A stretch of DNA of 7,081 bases from a virus (taxonomy: Duplodnaviria; Heunggongvirae; Uroviricota; Caudoviricetes), in the IMG/VR virus record IMGVR_UViG_2711768003_000002. One strand, written 5' to 3'. Within the stretch, counting starts at the first letter, position 1; each line of letters begins with the position of its first letter. A program made the position numbers and the translations under genes. Shown here in pieces: positions 6,083 through 7,081 of this stretch. The notes beneath the pieces are model-generated. The model made no database searches and was not told the DNA's origin. It worked only from the letters and a program-made list of their open reading frames with translations.

Positions 6083-7081
6083 TCTTCTCCTCCTCTGTTG
6101 ATTGTCGCAGCCCGGATTCAAATGCCGCAGCCGCCCAGGCGGGCGGTTTAAGACCAGCTGCGCGGCGCTCCATCGTTTCACGGACCTGCTGGGCAAAAAT
6201 TTCCTGATAGTCGTCACCGCGTTTCGCGCACTCTTTCTCGTAGGTGCTCAGTCCGGCTTCTATCAGCATCACCGCTTCCTGAACTTCTTTCAGACCATCG
6301 ATGGCCATACGACCGGAGCCTATCCAGTCGCAGTTCCCCCAGGCACTGCGGGCTTCCTGAAAACTGAAGCGCGCTTTTGAAGGTAACGTCACCACGCGGC
6401 GAACGATGGCCTCTTCCAGCCAGCACAGAAACATCTGGCTCGCCTGACGGGATGCGACGAATTTTCGCCGCCCCATAAAGTACGCCCACGACTCGTTCGC
6501 ACTGGCCCGTGCCGTGGAGTAGCTCATCTGGGCGTAATTCCGGGAAAGTTGCTCATACGAGACACCCAGCCCGGCAGCGATATACCGCAACAGTGACTGC
6601 TCAAACACGGAGTAGCCGTTATCCGTGTCCTGAGCCGTCTGCAGGTTCAGTGAGTCCCCCGGCATCAGGTGCGGCACTTTTGCGCCTCCCAGACGGACCG
6701 GTGCTGCGGCGTAATACGCGGCAATTTCACCAATCCAGCCCGTCAGCCTTTCCCGCTGCTCCTTACTGTTCGCGCCCAGAATAAAATCCATCGCTGACTG
6801 CGTATCCAGCTCACTTTCAATGGTGGCGGCATACATCGCCTTCACAATGGCGCTCTGCAGCTGCGTGTTCTGCAGCGTGTCGAGCATCTTCATCTGCTCC
6901 ATTACGCTGTAAAACACATTTGCACCGCGGGTCTGCCCGTCCTCCACGGGTTCAAAAACGTGAATGAACGAGGCGCGCCCGCCGGGTAACTCACGGGGTA
7001 TCCATGTCCATTTCTGCGGCATCCAGCCAGGATAGCCGTCCTCGCTGACGTAATATCCCAGCGCCGCACCGCTGTCATTAA
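6063..7081 (-). CDS. B: Portal protein gpB, C-terminal about 339 aa; 5' end is beyond the right edge of the window
   Basis: The translation (...MPQKWTWIPRELPGGRASFIHVFEPVEDGQTRGANVFYSVMEQMKMLDTLQNTQLQ...GLRQSTEEEKSDSRAA) matches the C-terminal portion of lambda gpB. TAA stop at 6065-6063. The reading frame stays open to position 7081. Confidence 0.92.
   Translation of the reverse strand, partial: NDSGAALGYYVSEDGYPGWMPQKWTWIPRELPGGRASFIHVFEPVEDGQTRGANVFYSVMEQMKMLDTLQNTQLQSAIVKAMYAATIESELDTQSAMDFILGANSKEQRERLTGWIGEIAAYYAAAPVRLGGAKVPHLMPGDSLNLQTAQDTDNGYSVFEQSLLRYIAAGLGVSYEQLSRNYAQMSYSTARASANESWAYFMGRRKFVASRQASQMFLCWLEEAIVRRVVTLPSKARFSFQEARSAWGNCDWIGSGRMAIDGLKEVQEAVMLIEAGLSTYEKECAKRGDDYQEIFAQQVRETMERRAAGLKPPAWAAAAFESGLRQSTEEEKSDSRAA

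Noticed and set aside
4694-6380. Plus-strand ORFs antisense to C/Nu3 and B (4694..5128, 4743..4973, 4801..4989, 5405..5896, 6102..6380, 6509..6784)
   Set aside because: All are antisense to strongly supported structural genes and lack independent support.
1-7081. Search for CRISPR repeats, tRNA or rRNA genes, insertion-sequence ends, attachment sites or integrase and recombinase genes
   Set aside because: No direct-repeat and spacer periodicity, no tRNA-like cloverleaf candidates, no terminal inverted repeats and no non-structural ORFs were seen. The window is fully occupied by late structural genes.

Overview
This window is the head and tail morphogenesis segment of the late operon of a lambdoid phage or prophage (Escherichia phage lambda or a very close relative). 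All genes lie on the minus strand, so the mRNA runs from the right edge of the window to the left. Gene order and spacing follow lambda: B (portal, 5' end beyond the window), C with nested Nu3, D, E, FI, FII, Z, U, V, G, and the first codons of the T frame reached by the G-T frameshift. Calls rest on the translated ORFs matching lambda proteins as I recall them, with no database search, plus lambda-like junctions (20-nt B/C overlap, ATGA Z/U overlap, 9-, 41-, 11-, 7- and 15-nt gaps) and Shine-Dalgarno motifs read directly from the sequence. Three N runs (1468-1799, 2375-2616, 4333-4642; 884 nt in total) hide the middle of U, the FII/Z junction and the D 3' end with the D-E spacer. I see no evidence of a novel system in the visible sequence: no defence genes, morons, CRISPR arrays, tRNAs or mobile elements. 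The only places something undescribed could sit are the masked segments, and the one in U is about 306 nt longer than lambda can account for. The plus-strand ORFs in the track are antisense to these densely packed genes and are treated as artefacts.
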